From Fervidobacterium sp. (GTDB lineage: Bacteria; Thermotogota; Thermotogae; Thermotogales; Fervidobacteriaceae), in assembly GCA_026419195.1 (NCBI GenBank), contig JANZZV010000012.1, forward strand, positions 1-55,732: a stretch of DNA of 55,732 bases. Direction: 5' to 3'. Under the pieces are notes generated by a model, which saw only the letters and a program-made list of their open reading frames with translations, ran no database searches and was not told where the DNA came from. A program made the position numbers and the translations under genes. Below, in pieces: positions 40,718-50,539 of the stretch (positions are counted from its first letter, which is position 1; every line of letters starts with the position of its first letter).

Positions 40718-41500
40718 ATGACAAAGAATAAAATAAACGAACTTTTCAACCAAAAAGAAAAACTTCTCATACCCTACATAACAGCAGGTGATCCGACATT
40801 TAAATCATCTCTACAACTTTTGAACTTTCTTGCTTCAAACAAAGCTAAAGCGATAGAAATTGGTATTCCTTTTTCAGACCCAATGGCTGACGGAGAAATC
40901 ATTCAAAGAGCAATGAACAGAGCCCTTGGATTTTCTATTTCAAAAACATTTGAACTAATCGAAAAATTTAGGACAAAACACAACACACCAATAATACTTA
41001 TGGGTTACTTTAACACATTCTATAATTATGGAATCAAAAAGCTGGCAGAAAAGATGAATGAACTTGACATTGAAGCAATTATAATAGTTGACTTACCATT
41101 GGAAGAAGTGGATATCATTTTTGAAATTTTCAGAAAACACAACATACACCTTATTCCACTTATATCTCCAATAACTCCAATTGAGAGATTAGAGAAAATG
41201 AAAACATTCTTCAGTGGTTTTGCTTACTTAATTTCAATAACAGGTACAACTGGAATAAGAAATACACTCCCGCAAAACATAAAACTAAGAGCAAAGATTG
41301 TGAAAGAAAAAACAGGATTACCCACGCTTTTAGGATTTGGTGTTAGTAACCCACAGATAATCGAAGAATTCAAAGATGAAGTTGATGGATTCATAATAGG
41401 AAGTGCCCTTATAAAAAGTTGGGAAGAAGACAATTTTTCGATTGGAGAGAACCTAAAAAAATTTTGGCAATCGATGATTTCTAAGGTACATACTTACTGA
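40718..41500 (+). CDS. trpA: Tryptophan synthase alpha chain
   Basis: TIM-barrel TrpA (IPFSDPMADG, GFGVS). Confidence 0.85.
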   Translation: MTKNKINELFNQKEKLLIPYITAGDPTFKSSLQLLNFLASNKAKAIEIGIPFSDPMADGEIIQRAMNRALGFSISKTFELIEKFRTKHNTPIILMGYFNTFYNYGIKKLAEKMNELDIEAIIIVDLPLEEVDIIFEIFRKHNIHLIPLISPITPIERLEKMKTFFSGFAYLISITGTTGIRNTLPQNIKLRAKIVKEKTGLPTLLGFGVSNPQIIEEFKDEVDGFIIGSALIKSWEEDNFSIGENLKKFWQSMISKVHTY

Positions 41501-41502
41501 TC

Positions 41503-42186
41503 TTATAAATAAACTTTGGGAAAGAAAATCCTCATAGGGATTCCGTATTCATCGAATTCTTTATGTTCAGGAACAACATTCAATTCAAAGAATTGAGAAA
41601 GTGCGAGAACCGTTGCATCAATAAGATCATGGATAGGTACTTTTATCTTATAACTAATCTCCAAAATTTTACTATCAGCCTTCGGTACGTATTTTTTCAA
41701 AAAGCTTAATCTTAAAGTAATTCCTTCACGAGTATGCTTAGATGGTAAAGGATATCCAGACAACATCATAAAACATAACTCGGGATGAGACTCTCTAACA
41801 ACATCATAAAGATTAGCGTTACTTCTCAAAGCCGAATCCACCTGTATTACCTTTTCACGAATATTCCAAAACTGTTTAGAAAAGCCCTTTCCCTGGGCTT
41901 TTCTATTAATTGTTAAAGCATTCTTGTAAGAATCACTATACACAGCTGCTCGAACAGGAACTGTAAAAACACTGCAGGCTCTTTTTGAAAGTAGCTTTTT
42001 TGCTAAAACATCGCATGTTCTCACACTTCTACTTGGCAAACCTATAGGTATATCAACAAAGACCTTCTCAGTTATAATGCCGCTTAACTCGAAGTGTTTT
42101 GAACATTTAAAACTGAAACTTTTCATATCTTCTGAAAGAAAACAATATACCCATCCACCTTTTGTTCCGTCTATACCAATAAACAC
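41503..42186 (-). CDS. DUF429-family protein (predicted RNase H-fold nuclease)
   Basis: N-terminus MFIGIDGTKGGW, typical of DUF429/COG2410; convergent with trpA, with stop codons 2 nt apart. Confidence 0.5.
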   Translation of the reverse strand: MFIGIDGTKGGWVYCFLSEDMKSFSFKCSKHFELSGIITEKVFVDIPIGLPSRSVRTCDVLAKKLLSKRACSVFTVPVRAAVYSDSYKNALTINRKAQGKGFSKQFWNIREKVIQVDSALRSNANLYDVVRESHPELCFMMLSGYPLPSKHTREGITLRLSFLKKYVPKADSKILEISYKIKVPIHDLIDATVLALSQFFELNVVPEHKEFDEYGIPMRIFFPKVYL

Positions 42187-43067
42187 AACTTACACCCAAC
42201 CTCATAAATTTTTGCCTATTCATCCAACCTTAGCATAACCTTCCCATTGTATGCGGCTGTCGGTTCATTGTTTCCTTAAAAAAGCCTTATATGATTGTGT
42301 ATTCTTATATCTTTGAAAAAGAAGTACATTCCTAGCTTACGACAAAATAAACAAAGACATCTTCGCAGCTTATAAATCTTTATTTCTATCGAGAAAAATC
42401 CATCTCGCCCGTCTTTCAAGGTCCATTTTTTATTTAGTTTCCATCTCTTTCAGAGAGAAGTACCTTCCTGACTCTTGGCTTCCAGAATGCTCTTAAATTC
42501 TTGCTTTTTAGACTGCGTTTTTCCACACCCCTTATTTTAGCTTGCATTAAGTGTGTTTTCTTATGACTTACTCTTTACCTACTTGCTTTTGGATTCTTGA
42601 CTCCGGACCTGTTTTTTGATTTGTTACAACTTCAGCGCCGTTCATTATTTTCTGTGTTCACAATCATAATATTGTTGTTATAATAGGTACGGAAATGGTT
42701 TTTAAAACAGGGTGATTTTCAAATTTTGTTGAATTTATGCCATTTGTTGAACAAATTGTTTTTCCGATTATCAGTGCCGGGCCTATTTATTAGGGGTTTT
42801 GATTGTTGTTGTGAAATGCTTGAGATGGTTCAATCAATTTAAGTAGCTATAAACACTTGTTATATGAATTATTTTGTGTGAAAATAATCACACATATTAG
42901 GTTGTTTGGATTTTAGATTTTTTGTACTGACGTATTTTACTATTTTTGAATAGCTTTTGTCAAGTAGGTTATATTTGTTAGTAGTTTTTTTGTTAGGTAA
43001 GGTTGGCTTTTATCAGTTCTACATTGATTGTGGATAGTTTTATTAGTTTTTTGTATAGGTTATTTTG

Positions 43068-43076
43068 TGATATAAT
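43068..43076 (+). promoter_or_regulatory. Extended -10 element (TGaTATAAT) upstream of the EAL gene
   Basis: No good -35; the transcript would start about 43083, 68 nt before ATG 43151 (SD GGGGGGA). Confidence 0.3.
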
Positions 43077-43150
43077 AGGAGTGTCAGGAATAAATTTCTT
43101 CAGCTTTTCTTGAAGATTCAAGTTAGATAAGTTTATTTGGGGGGATAGAA

Positions 43151-44221
43151 ATGAATGATATTTGTAAACGATGCCAGCTTTTACCTGTCGTGGAATCTGC
43201 ACCAAAAGTTGTACATTTTGTTTTTCCGATTGATTTGTTGAGAGATAAGGTAAAGGATATTTTAAGAAAAACAAATTTCGAGTTCTTTGAGAATAATGAA
43301 TTACTTACTGTTTTTGCACAAGATTTTAGGTCCTTTTTAACAGACTTACGCATGCAGTCAGGGTTTTCAACTCCTGAGTTAAACGATATTATGTGTATCA
43401 CTTTAAATGAAGGAGAAGACTTGTCGTTTACTAATTTTTCAAAGTTGAAACCTCTTTCTTATTGGTTTTCACTAATTGATGCCCAGGATTATTTCGATAT
43501 ATTAAAGGAACAGAGATTGATAGTATATTTCCAACCAGTTTTGGAAAGTAAAAATTTATCGATAATTGGGTACGAAGCCCTAATAAGAGGAATATCTAAA
43601 GATGGTTCGCTTGTGAGTCCTAAATTTTTGTTTGATACCGCGGAAAAAACGAATACTTTGTTTTATCTTGACAGATTTTGCAGAGAAACAGTGCTGAGAA
43701 CAGCTGCGGAAAAGGATATGAGAAGTTGTAAGATATTTGTGAACTTTATTCCAACATCTATATACGATCCAAATGTGTGTTTACAATCAACAATCCGTTT
43801 CGCAAAGGAGGTTGATTTTGAACCAAGTAATATAGTGTTTGAGGTAGTTGAAAGTTACAAAGTAACTGATATCGATCTTCTTTCAAATATTCTAAATTTC
43901 TACAGAACAAATGGTTTTCTGGTTGCACTTGATGATGTTGGTTCTGGTTACTCGAACTTGAATATGCTTGTGCACCTTAGACCGGATATTGTTAAAATAG
44001 ACACAGAAATAATCCGAAACATACAAAATGATGAGTTAAAAAGGTCAATATTCAAAGCAGTTGTTTCACTTTGTAAAGAAGCAAATATATTTGTACTTGC
44101 AGAAGGTGTTGAAACAGTTGATGAATACAACTATGTGAAAGAACATGTAGATTTCGTTCAAGGATTTCTTTTCGCAAAGCCGGCTCCTGAACCTTTAAGG
44201 GAAATTAAACTTCAAGTTTGA
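43151..44221 (+). CDS. EAL-domain c-di-GMP phosphodiesterase with an uncharacterised ~130-aa N-terminal domain
   Basis: Motifs QPVLE...GYEALIRG and DDVGSGYSNL; no GGDEF domain. Confidence 0.75.
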   Translation: MNDICKRCQLLPVVESAPKVVHFVFPIDLLRDKVKDILRKTNFEFFENNELLTVFAQDFRSFLTDLRMQSGFSTPELNDIMCITLNEGEDLSFTNFSKLKPLSYWFSLIDAQDYFDILKEQRLIVYFQPVLESKNLSIIGYEALIRGISKDGSLVSPKFLFDTAEKTNTLFYLDRFCRETVLRTAAEKDMRSCKIFVNFIPTSIYDPNVCLQSTIRFAKEVDFEPSNIVFEVVESYKVTDIDLLSNILNFYRTNGFLVALDDVGSGYSNLNMLVHLRPDIVKIDTEIIRNIQNDELKRSIFKAVVSLCKEANIFVLAEGVETVDEYNYVKEHVDFVQGFLFAKPAPEPLREIKLQV

Positions 44222-45692
44222 TTTCTTCAGTTTTTTCAAAAAAGCCAAGATCTTCTTGGCTGAAAATTTTGACTTTTTCGTTGAAAATGTTGACAACTTT
44301 TTGGATGTTTATTAGTACCTCGTCAATGTTGTTGGCAATGTCATTCATCTGGTTCTTGACGTTTGAAACTTGTAAGTTACTTTCGACAATTTCTTGTGCA
44401 AGTATTGAAGTCATTGTAGATATCACGTCAGATGTGTTTTTGATTACTTCAAGTAAGTTTGCCTGCTCTAAGGTTTGTGAAGTTACTTCGCTGACTATTT
44501 GATGTGTTTCTTGCATGCTTTCCTCAACCTTTTTGAAATCTAAGGAAAGATTTTCTGATTGTGCTACAAGTCTTAACACATTAGTGTTTACCAAGTTCAT
44601 TGAATCTGTTATTTTGACAATTCCGTCTTTTATATTTTTAATTTTGTTTTTTATCATGTTGCAAGCCTCTTGGGTGGTGACTAAAAGTTTCTGTATTTCA
44701 TCTGCTACTACAGCAAATCCTTTACCCGCTTCCCCGGCTCTTGCGGCTTCTATAGCGGCATTTAATGAAAGTAGGTTTATTTTCTTGCTTATGTTGTCTA
44801 TTGTGTTGAGTATCATATCAATATTTAATGATTCTTCGTATAATTTTTTTGATATATTGCTTGCTTCCGCTGATGTCGTGTTTACGTTGCCGACTTCGTT
44901 TGTCAGTATTTGTAAAAACTTGTGAGTTTTGAGGGTTACGTCGAGTGTTTTGTCTGCTATGTTGATAAGTTTTTCAGATTTTTCTGTAACTTCTGTTGTA
45001 CCAATATATATGTTTGTTATTGTCTCATCTATTTGCTGGACTGCAGCAGAGACTTGTTGAGTTTTTTCTGACCAGGCTTTGAAGTTATTTAAGAATTCAC
45101 TTAATAGATTGTCGAACGAAGAGTAGTGTTCTTTTAGTTCGTCGAGTTTTCCTTTTGATTCTATCATGTTTGAGTATATATTAAAAGAACTCATTCTGAC
45201 TGTTTCAACAAGATTTGAGATTTTCTCAGCTATTATACCAAATTCACCAGAATGATCTGTGTTTATTGTTTTTGTGTAATCGTTGTTATCTGAAATGTGC
45301 TGAACTTGCTGTGCAATGCTATTAACATGTTTTGTGAGATTAATACCAATTCTTGTTGTGAATAATGCGGCAAAGATTACTAAGGCAGTCATCAATATGC
45401 ATACCATGAATGTGGTGAGAAAGACAGATCTTACAAACTTTGAAATGTCAACTTTTGAGAATATGACTGCAAATGGTTTGTTTTGATTATCGTTTAGCAA
45501 GCTTCCAACGATTAGGTATTTTCCGTGTGGTTTCCATATGAGTTGATCTTTTATAATTTTTTTTAACTGTTCTTGATTTGAAAAACCAAATATTTTCTCA
45601 ATGTCTTTTTGAGTAAAGTTTTGACTCTTTTCTACATATTTTTTGTTAATTAGATCAACAAAGATAGTTTCTTCTTCTATTGATTTGATCAA
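44205..45692 (-). CDS. Methyl-accepting chemotaxis protein, downstream portion (sensor C-part, TM2, HAMP, signalling domain)
   Basis: Motif [30 protein letters not shown]. The tracker start is a TTG. It is in frame with the upstream 167-aa ORF, separated only by one TGA. Confidence 0.8.
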   Translation of the reverse strand: MIKSIEEETIFVDLINKKYVEKSQNFTQKDIEKIFGFSNQEQLKKIIKDQLIWKPHGKYLIVGSLLNDNQNKPFAVIFSKVDISKFVRSVFLTTFMVCILMTALVIFAALFTTRIGINLTKHVNSIAQQVQHISDNNDYTKTINTDHSGEFGIIAEKISNLVETVRMSSFNIYSNMIESKGKLDELKEHYSSFDNLLSEFLNNFKAWSEKTQQVSAAVQQIDETITNIYIGTTEVTEKSEKLINIADKTLDVTLKTHKFLQILTNEVGNVNTTSAEASNISKKLYEESLNIDMILNTIDNISKKINLLSLNAAIEAARAGEAGKGFAVVADEIQKLLVTTQEACNMIKNKIKNIKDGIVKITDSMNLVNTNVLRLVAQSENLSLDFKKVEESMQETHQIVSEVTSQTLEQANLLEVIKNTSDVISTMTSILAQEIVESNLQVSNVKNQMNDIANNIDEVLINIQKVVNIFNEKVKIFSQEDLGFFEKTEEIKLEV

Positions 45693-45731
45693 TCTTTCCA
45701 GTATAGGACCAGAGAGTTTTGTAACAAATTC

Positions 45732-46235
45732 TCAGACACCAACGAAAACACCATCTAGAATTAGTGGTTTATAATGTCTTAATGCTAATCCCTGGGAATC
45801 GTGTTCAATTAATTTTATTTCTTTTTGTTGTTTTATTACATCCTCAACAGCCGTACTTTGTGATTTCTTTTTAGCAAGTCCGATTGTGGCATAGTACTTT
45901 CCATCTTTTGTGTAAAAATTGATTCCATTTACATAGCTATTTGTTCTGTATCTTTCGAAAGCTGATTGTGCATTATCAATTAGACCGTTGTAATCTTTAA
46001 GTGATAATGACCAAAGTGTAGCAAAATCTGAAGTGAAGTTTCTTGAAAATTCATTACTCAAATCTTGTAAGTCTAAAACTTTTTGATAGATATTCTTAGC
46101 TTTAAAAATGGCAAGTTCCTCATACATGTATCTGTTCAAATTGTTCATACCTATTAATGAGAGAAGTAAAGTAATCACAAAAGTGATAACTATTATCAAA
46201 GGTACTCCAGCTTTTAAAAATGTGGAAAGTTTCAT
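45732..46235 (-). CDS. MCP N-terminal portion (TM1 plus the N-part of a Cache-like sensor), ending at an in-frame TGA
   Basis: Begins with a signal-anchor helix; sensor-domain sequence continues seamlessly into the 44205-45692 ORF across TGA 45734-45732. Confidence 0.6.
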   Translation of the reverse strand: MKLSTFLKAGVPLIIVITFVITLLLSLIGMNNLNRYMYEELAIFKAKNIYQKVLDLQDLSNEFSRNFTSDFATLWSLSLKDYNGLIDNAQSAFERYRTNSYVNGINFYTKDGKYYATIGLAKKKSQSTAVEDVIKQQKEIKLIEHDSQGLALRHYKPLILDGVFVGV

Positions 46236-46330
46236 TTTTGGACCTCCTTCTTTTTCAGTTTTTATTGATTAATACACGGGATAGTTCGCATTAAGTACTT
46301 AAAGAAAGTTATAAGTTTTGTTAGAAAATA

Positions 46331-46360
46331 AAAAGGTAGGTCAGATAAGACCTACCTTTT
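46331..46360. terminator. Bidirectional hairpin terminator
   Basis: AAAAGGTAGGTC-agataa-GACCTACCTTTT with T-runs on both sides. Confidence 0.5.
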
Positions 46361-46787
46361 TGTTTTATTTACAAAAATTTATCAAATAATAAACTATCAT
46401 CTGTCCGGAAAGAAAAAAACTGCTGTTTCATCACCCTGACTTGCTACTGAAGCTGTATCCACACTAGTAAAGACCTATTTTTTGCAGTCGTAAATTCGTG
46501 TGTCCCCCATCCTACTGATTCCTTTTAGTCCATGATGGTCTTAGATAAATTGTGCAAAGAGTCTTTTCTTGAATTTCTTACGTGTTCACGTTCCTTTGGA
46601 AGTCTGTTTCCTGTTTTCTCACAGTCTTAATGGCCTTTTCTTTCTTGACAATTGTCTGTGCGAACTTCTTAATCCATTTTCAGCTTTAAACAGATATTTT
46701 GGGTATTCAATTTTTTATCTTCAGTAAATAAAAACGCTTTTTATCGAAATCCGCCATAAGTGTTTTAGGGTTTCTGCTGCGTACGTG

Positions 46788-48797
46788 TTAAATTTCTTGG
46801 TTAACAAGTATTATCATGAATTCACCAGCTGGTAATTCAAATGGTATTATATTTGACGTTATAGGTACTTTTTTTGCTCCGTTTTTGTTTATGAAAAATA
46901 CCGTTTTTACCTCAATGTCTCTACCAACTGTTTCGTTAACAAAAACTTCAACGTATCTGTCTTGAACAAGGTTTAAATTTCCCAAAACAATCAGTCCTTT
47001 GTCTTGTTTCCAATAACTGTAGTTTGCAGTTAAACCGTCTTGATAATTTAAATATACGTATCTAAACTCACCCTCAAAGAAATCCGAGAGTTTATCTCTT
47101 ATTGCAAGCAGCTTTTTAAGATAATTATACATGTTAAAATCTGCTTTATCCCAGTGAAGTGCGTAATAGTCAAAGAATGCCAGTTTTCCATAAAATTGAT
47201 CGTCTGGTGACAAAACTGTCTTTCCAAATATTGTATTGTCAAGTCCAAGGTTCATGGGTTGAATTTCCTCAATCTCTTGTCCTGTGTTTACATAAGGTAT
47301 AGCATTAGGTGAGAAATATAATAAAGCAGGCGCGAGGTATTTAAGCTTATCTCCATTTTCCCTTATCACAATCCTTGGTGTATCAGGTGTTTCACATGAT
47401 GCAATAAATGGAATTCTTAAATATGGTATTATTTCTTCAACAAATTTGTAAAGTTCTCTTGGCCTTGCAACCGCGTACCAACTGTTGCCAAGTATACAAT
47501 CGTATCCTTCATTCATAGCCTTTTCGTCGTTCTTCATTTCAAGTTCTTCAGCTATGAAAGCAAAAGCTGGATCAATTTCCTTTGCTTTGGAGATTATCAT
47601 ATCTTGAAGTTTAGAAGGTAGTGCATGCCCCATATCGATTCTTGCACCATCTATTCCAAAGCGTTTTTGATACGAAGGTATTATATTTGCCAGATAGTCC
47701 CAAAGCTCTTTGTTTGGTTCATTTCCTGGAAACTTACTGGCTTTTACTACGTCAAACAGTACATAAGGTGGCTGGTCTTTTGGTAGGTATTTCTGACTCT
47801 CAGCTGGATGGTCAAGATACAATCTTAGGAATGTTACATCATCCCAAGTTGGTTGAGGATCATTTATCCAATCAGAAAATCCAGGAGGTGTGATTATTCC
47901 AAATTCTTTAGCAATGTTTGATAGAATGTCACCTTTCATTTTCTTTACCTTTTGCCATTTTTTTGAATCAATTTTATCCGGTGATAATGTAAATTTGCTA
48001 AGATGAGTTTTAACTTCTTGATTTGAATAAACTATTTCTAAATCTTCTGGATCAGGGATTTTAAATGGAAGTCCCGGTATATGAGGGGGTTTGTAACTTG
48101 CAACTTCTTCAATTTTAATCCAATAAAACCAATCTGGATGTTCAGTAATTAGGTCACTATCTCGTGCTGCTGTTCTTGGTATAAAGTCAAGAATCACACG
48201 TATACCAAGCACGTGAGCCGCTTGAACCAATGCTTTGAATTGTTCATCCACTGATATACCATTTAGAAGAGGATCGTGATAAGAACTGTCAAGTTCCACA
48301 GGATTTTTTACAGCATATGGTGAACCAATTTCACCTTTCTTAAATACATCGCTCATTTTTGATATCGGGAGCATGTAAAGTACGTTTATTCCCATGTTTT
48401 TAAGGTATGGTAGAAATCCAATCATTTTCAAGAACGTACCAGATTCTTTGTAGCCAAATATATCTTCTGGTTCAAAGCTGCCAAATCCCTTATGATTATA
48501 CGCAACAGTTGTTCTTGGAAGAGAACCATACATTTTAGATTTCCTTAACCAACTTGTATCCTTCTCTCCATTAAGTTGTGCTAGGGATTTGGAATAATCT
48601 AAACTTTTGTCGTTTTCAAGTATGCTGTCAATTACAAAGCTATAATATTCGTAAGGATCAACAAAGTAGTGCCCATCCTTTATGGAAACCTTTCCAGTAT
48701 AATTTGAAATAAACCAATGTTTTGGTAAAGCGTACAGAGTTTTTCCTGTAATCTTACTTTTTAAGTAGTCTTTCAAGTTCCTTAATTCGGTCATCAT
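46788..48797 (-). CDS. GH13-family alpha-glucan-active enzyme (maltosyltransferase / amylase-like)
   Basis: 669-aa TIM-barrel glycosidase signature (GIRVILDFIPRTAARD, GFRIDMGHALP-like catalytic Asp context). Functionally linked to glgP in the window. Confidence 0.6.
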   Translation of the reverse strand: MMTELRNLKDYLKSKITGKTLYALPKHWFISNYTGKVSIKDGHYFVDPYEYYSFVIDSILENDKSLDYSKSLAQLNGEKDTSWLRKSKMYGSLPRTTVAYNHKGFGSFEPEDIFGYKESGTFLKMIGFLPYLKNMGINVLYMLPISKMSDVFKKGEIGSPYAVKNPVELDSSYHDPLLNGISVDEQFKALVQAAHVLGIRVILDFIPRTAARDSDLITEHPDWFYWIKIEEVASYKPPHIPGLPFKIPDPEDLEIVYSNQEVKTHLSKFTLSPDKIDSKKWQKVKKMKGDILSNIAKEFGIITPPGFSDWINDPQPTWDDVTFLRLYLDHPAESQKYLPKDQPPYVLFDVVKASKFPGNEPNKELWDYLANIIPSYQKRFGIDGARIDMGHALPSKLQDMIISKAKEIDPAFAFIAEELEMKNDEKAMNEGYDCILGNSWYAVARPRELYKFVEEIIPYLRIPFIASCETPDTPRIVIRENGDKLKYLAPALLYFSPNAIPYVNTGQEIEEIQPMNLGLDNTIFGKTVLSPDDQFYGKLAFFDYYALHWDKADFNMYNYLKKLLAIRDKLSDFFEGEFRYVYLNYQDGLTANYSYWKQDKGLIVLGNLNLVQDRYVEVFVNETVGRDIEVKTVFFINKNGAKKVPITSNIIPFELPAGEFMIILVNQEI

Positions 48798-48884
48798 ATT
48801 CCTCCTTTCAATTTACAGCTACTTTGGTAATTATATCATAAAACAAGAAATTCGCTATGCAAAATCACATAATGTATTACTCTC

Positions 48885-48913
48885 TTGACTAAAAATTGTA
48901 TTGGTTGTATAAT
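48885..48913 (+). promoter_or_regulatory. Promoter of the tRNA-Ser gene
   Basis: TTGACT(48885-48890)-17 nt-TATAAT(48908-48913), 14 nt before the tRNA 5' end. Confidence 0.55.
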
Positions 48914-48927
48914 CATTTCTGCTGGAC

Positions 48928-49017
48928 GGAGGCGTGTCCGAACTGGCTAAGGAGCCGGTCTTGAAAATCGGTGGTGGTCAAACCACCGTGTGGGTTCGAG
49001 TCCCACCGCCTCCGCCA
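48928..49017 (+). tRNA. tRNA-Ser (anticodon TGA), CCA encoded
   Basis: Acceptor GGAGGCG/CGCCTCC; anticodon stem CCGGT/ATCGG with loop CTTGAAA (anticodon UGA); long variable arm TGGTGGTCAAACCACCG; T-arm GTGGG-TTCGAGT-CCCAC; 3' GCCA. Confidence 0.85.
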
Positions 49018-49029
49018 TTTTTTCGAAAC

Positions 49030-49060
49030 AAAGGCACGTTAAACGTGCCTTTTATTTTAT
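49030..49060 (+). terminator. Terminator after the tRNA-Ser gene
   Basis: GGCACGT-taa-ACGTGCC followed by TTTTATTTTATT. Confidence 0.55.
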
Positions 49061-50355
49061 TGTACAGATTTTTGGGCAAGCTCGCGCATCTTCTTATTTA
49101 AGTCTTCTACTTCTTGTTCAAAGTACCACGATGTAAGCATTAAGAGAAATCCACATACAAACCAAAAGTATGCGCTAATTTCAAGTGCCGAACCAAGTGT
49201 ACCGAGTGAAACAGCTAAAGCACCACCTACAAAACGTCCAACCCCGCTACCTACTGAATCTGTAAGGTTGAATATAGAAAATATTCTTCCTCTGTCCTTC
49301 GGTTCATTTACATTTAAGAGCATCATCTTTACATTTGGTCCTGTGTAAGAATCCATTGTTGCAGCTAAAAAGCCAATAACCAAAAAAATTAAAAATGAAG
49401 AAAACTGACCAGGAATATACGGGTACCTGAATACCCAAACTGTGAAAAATACACCAAGAATAGTTGTCGCAGCAGAAACTAACGGAACTAACCGCTTTGA
49501 AATTTTGTATATTTGTTCACCGACAAATCCACCTATCAGGTTGCCTACTATACTACCTGCAGCAAACACTAAAAAAACGGTTGTAGCGGCATTTAAACTC
49601 ATCTGCTTTTCTCTTTTGAAAAATTCTATCATGAAATACGGTATTGCACCCCAAGGTATGGTTCCAGCTATACCCTGGAAAAAGAGTAACAGGTTTGTCT
49701 TTATTTTTACAAGCTTAGCGTAATCGGAAATTTTGATGCTAAATACGTATTCAGTTTCAAATTCAGAAAATCCTTCTTCCGCACTTCCTCTTTTTGGTTC
49801 TTCTAACAAGTTTGCTATCAATGGGATTATTATTAAATTAGGCGCAGAAACGAGTATAAATGGTATTCTCCAACCAAATATGCCAGCCGTGTAACCTGCT
49901 ATCAGCATACCAAGAATACCACCTACTGTAGTTGCAAGCCCAAGTATGGAAACTACCTTTCCCCTCTCTTTGTGACCAAACATATCACCAACAAGCGAAT
50001 AAGATATTGGAAAAGATGCTCCTATGCCTATTCCTGTTAAGACTCTCCAAAGAAATAGTTCACCAAAGGAATTTGATATTGAAGTAAGTAAGCAAGGGAT
50101 CTCCCCGACTAGGATTGAAGAAATCAACAACTTTTTCCGATTGTATTTATCTGATAAGTAACCCCAAACAAGACTCACAAGTGCACCAACAATGCTAAAG
50201 ACACCCCCAACTAAGCCAATGTCCGAATCTGTAACGTTGAACTCTCTTTCAATCATACCAATGACAGGGCTCATTACCATTTGGTCAGCATTCAGTATCA
50301 CTAAAAGCAAGAATAAAAAAAAGACTGTTTTCTTTCTGTTAGTAATATTAATCAT
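49057..50355 (-). CDS. MFS-family transporter
   Basis: 432 aa, 12 predicted TM helices, MFS motif region (GYLSDKYNRKK). Confidence 0.75.
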   Translation of the reverse strand: MINITNRKKTVFFLFLLLVILNADQMVMSPVIGMIEREFNVTDSDIGLVGGVFSIVGALVSLVWGYLSDKYNRKKLLISSILVGEIPCLLTSISNSFGELFLWRVLTGIGIGASFPISYSLVGDMFGHKERGKVVSILGLATTVGGILGMLIAGYTAGIFGWRIPFILVSAPNLIIIPLIANLLEEPKRGSAEEGFSEFETEYVFSIKISDYAKLVKIKTNLLLFFQGIAGTIPWGAIPYFMIEFFKREKQMSLNAATTVFLVFAAGSIVGNLIGGFVGEQIYKISKRLVPLVSAATTILGVFFTVWVFRYPYIPGQFSSFLIFLVIGFLAATMDSYTGPNVKMMLLNVNEPKDRGRIFSIFNLTDSVGSGVGRFVGGALAVSLGTLGSALEISAYFWFVCGFLLMLTSWYFEQEVEDLNKKMRELAQKSVQ

Positions 50356-50496
50356 ATAAGTTCCCCCTTATTTTTTTATTTTGACAAGCTCCGTACTATA
50401 AAAATTAACAAGCAACAAAGGTATTAATAGGTCTTGCAAATCAATTATAGCACAAAATTTGCTTGTCATTTTAAAATCAAAAATTCCAAATAAAAT

Positions 50497-50524
50497 ATAG
50501 CCTCTGGCTGAAGCCAGAGGCTAT
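50497..50524. terminator. Strong bidirectional terminator ending the encapsulin operon
   Basis: ATAGCCTCTGGC-tgaa-GCCAGAGGCTAT (12-bp stem) flanked by A/T runs. Confidence 0.65.
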
Positions 50525-50539
50525 TTTCAAGAGAATTTA

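Noticed and set aside
43084-43150. c-di-GMP riboswitch (GEMM) upstream of the EAL gene
   Set aside because: The leader is only ~68 nt and lacks the GEMM P1/P2 conserved GCAAAGCC / tetraloop-receptor elements; the long upstream gap has no such motifs either.
42993-43401. ORFs 42993-43274- and 43123-43401-
   Set aside because: They are antisense to the EAL gene start and to its promoter region; low-complexity translations.
45732-45734. Selenocysteine recoding of the in-frame TGA in the MCP
   Set aside because: No SECIS-like stem-loop immediately 3' of the codon, and a sensor-domain position is not a plausible Sec site; a nonsense mutation or sequencing error is more likely.
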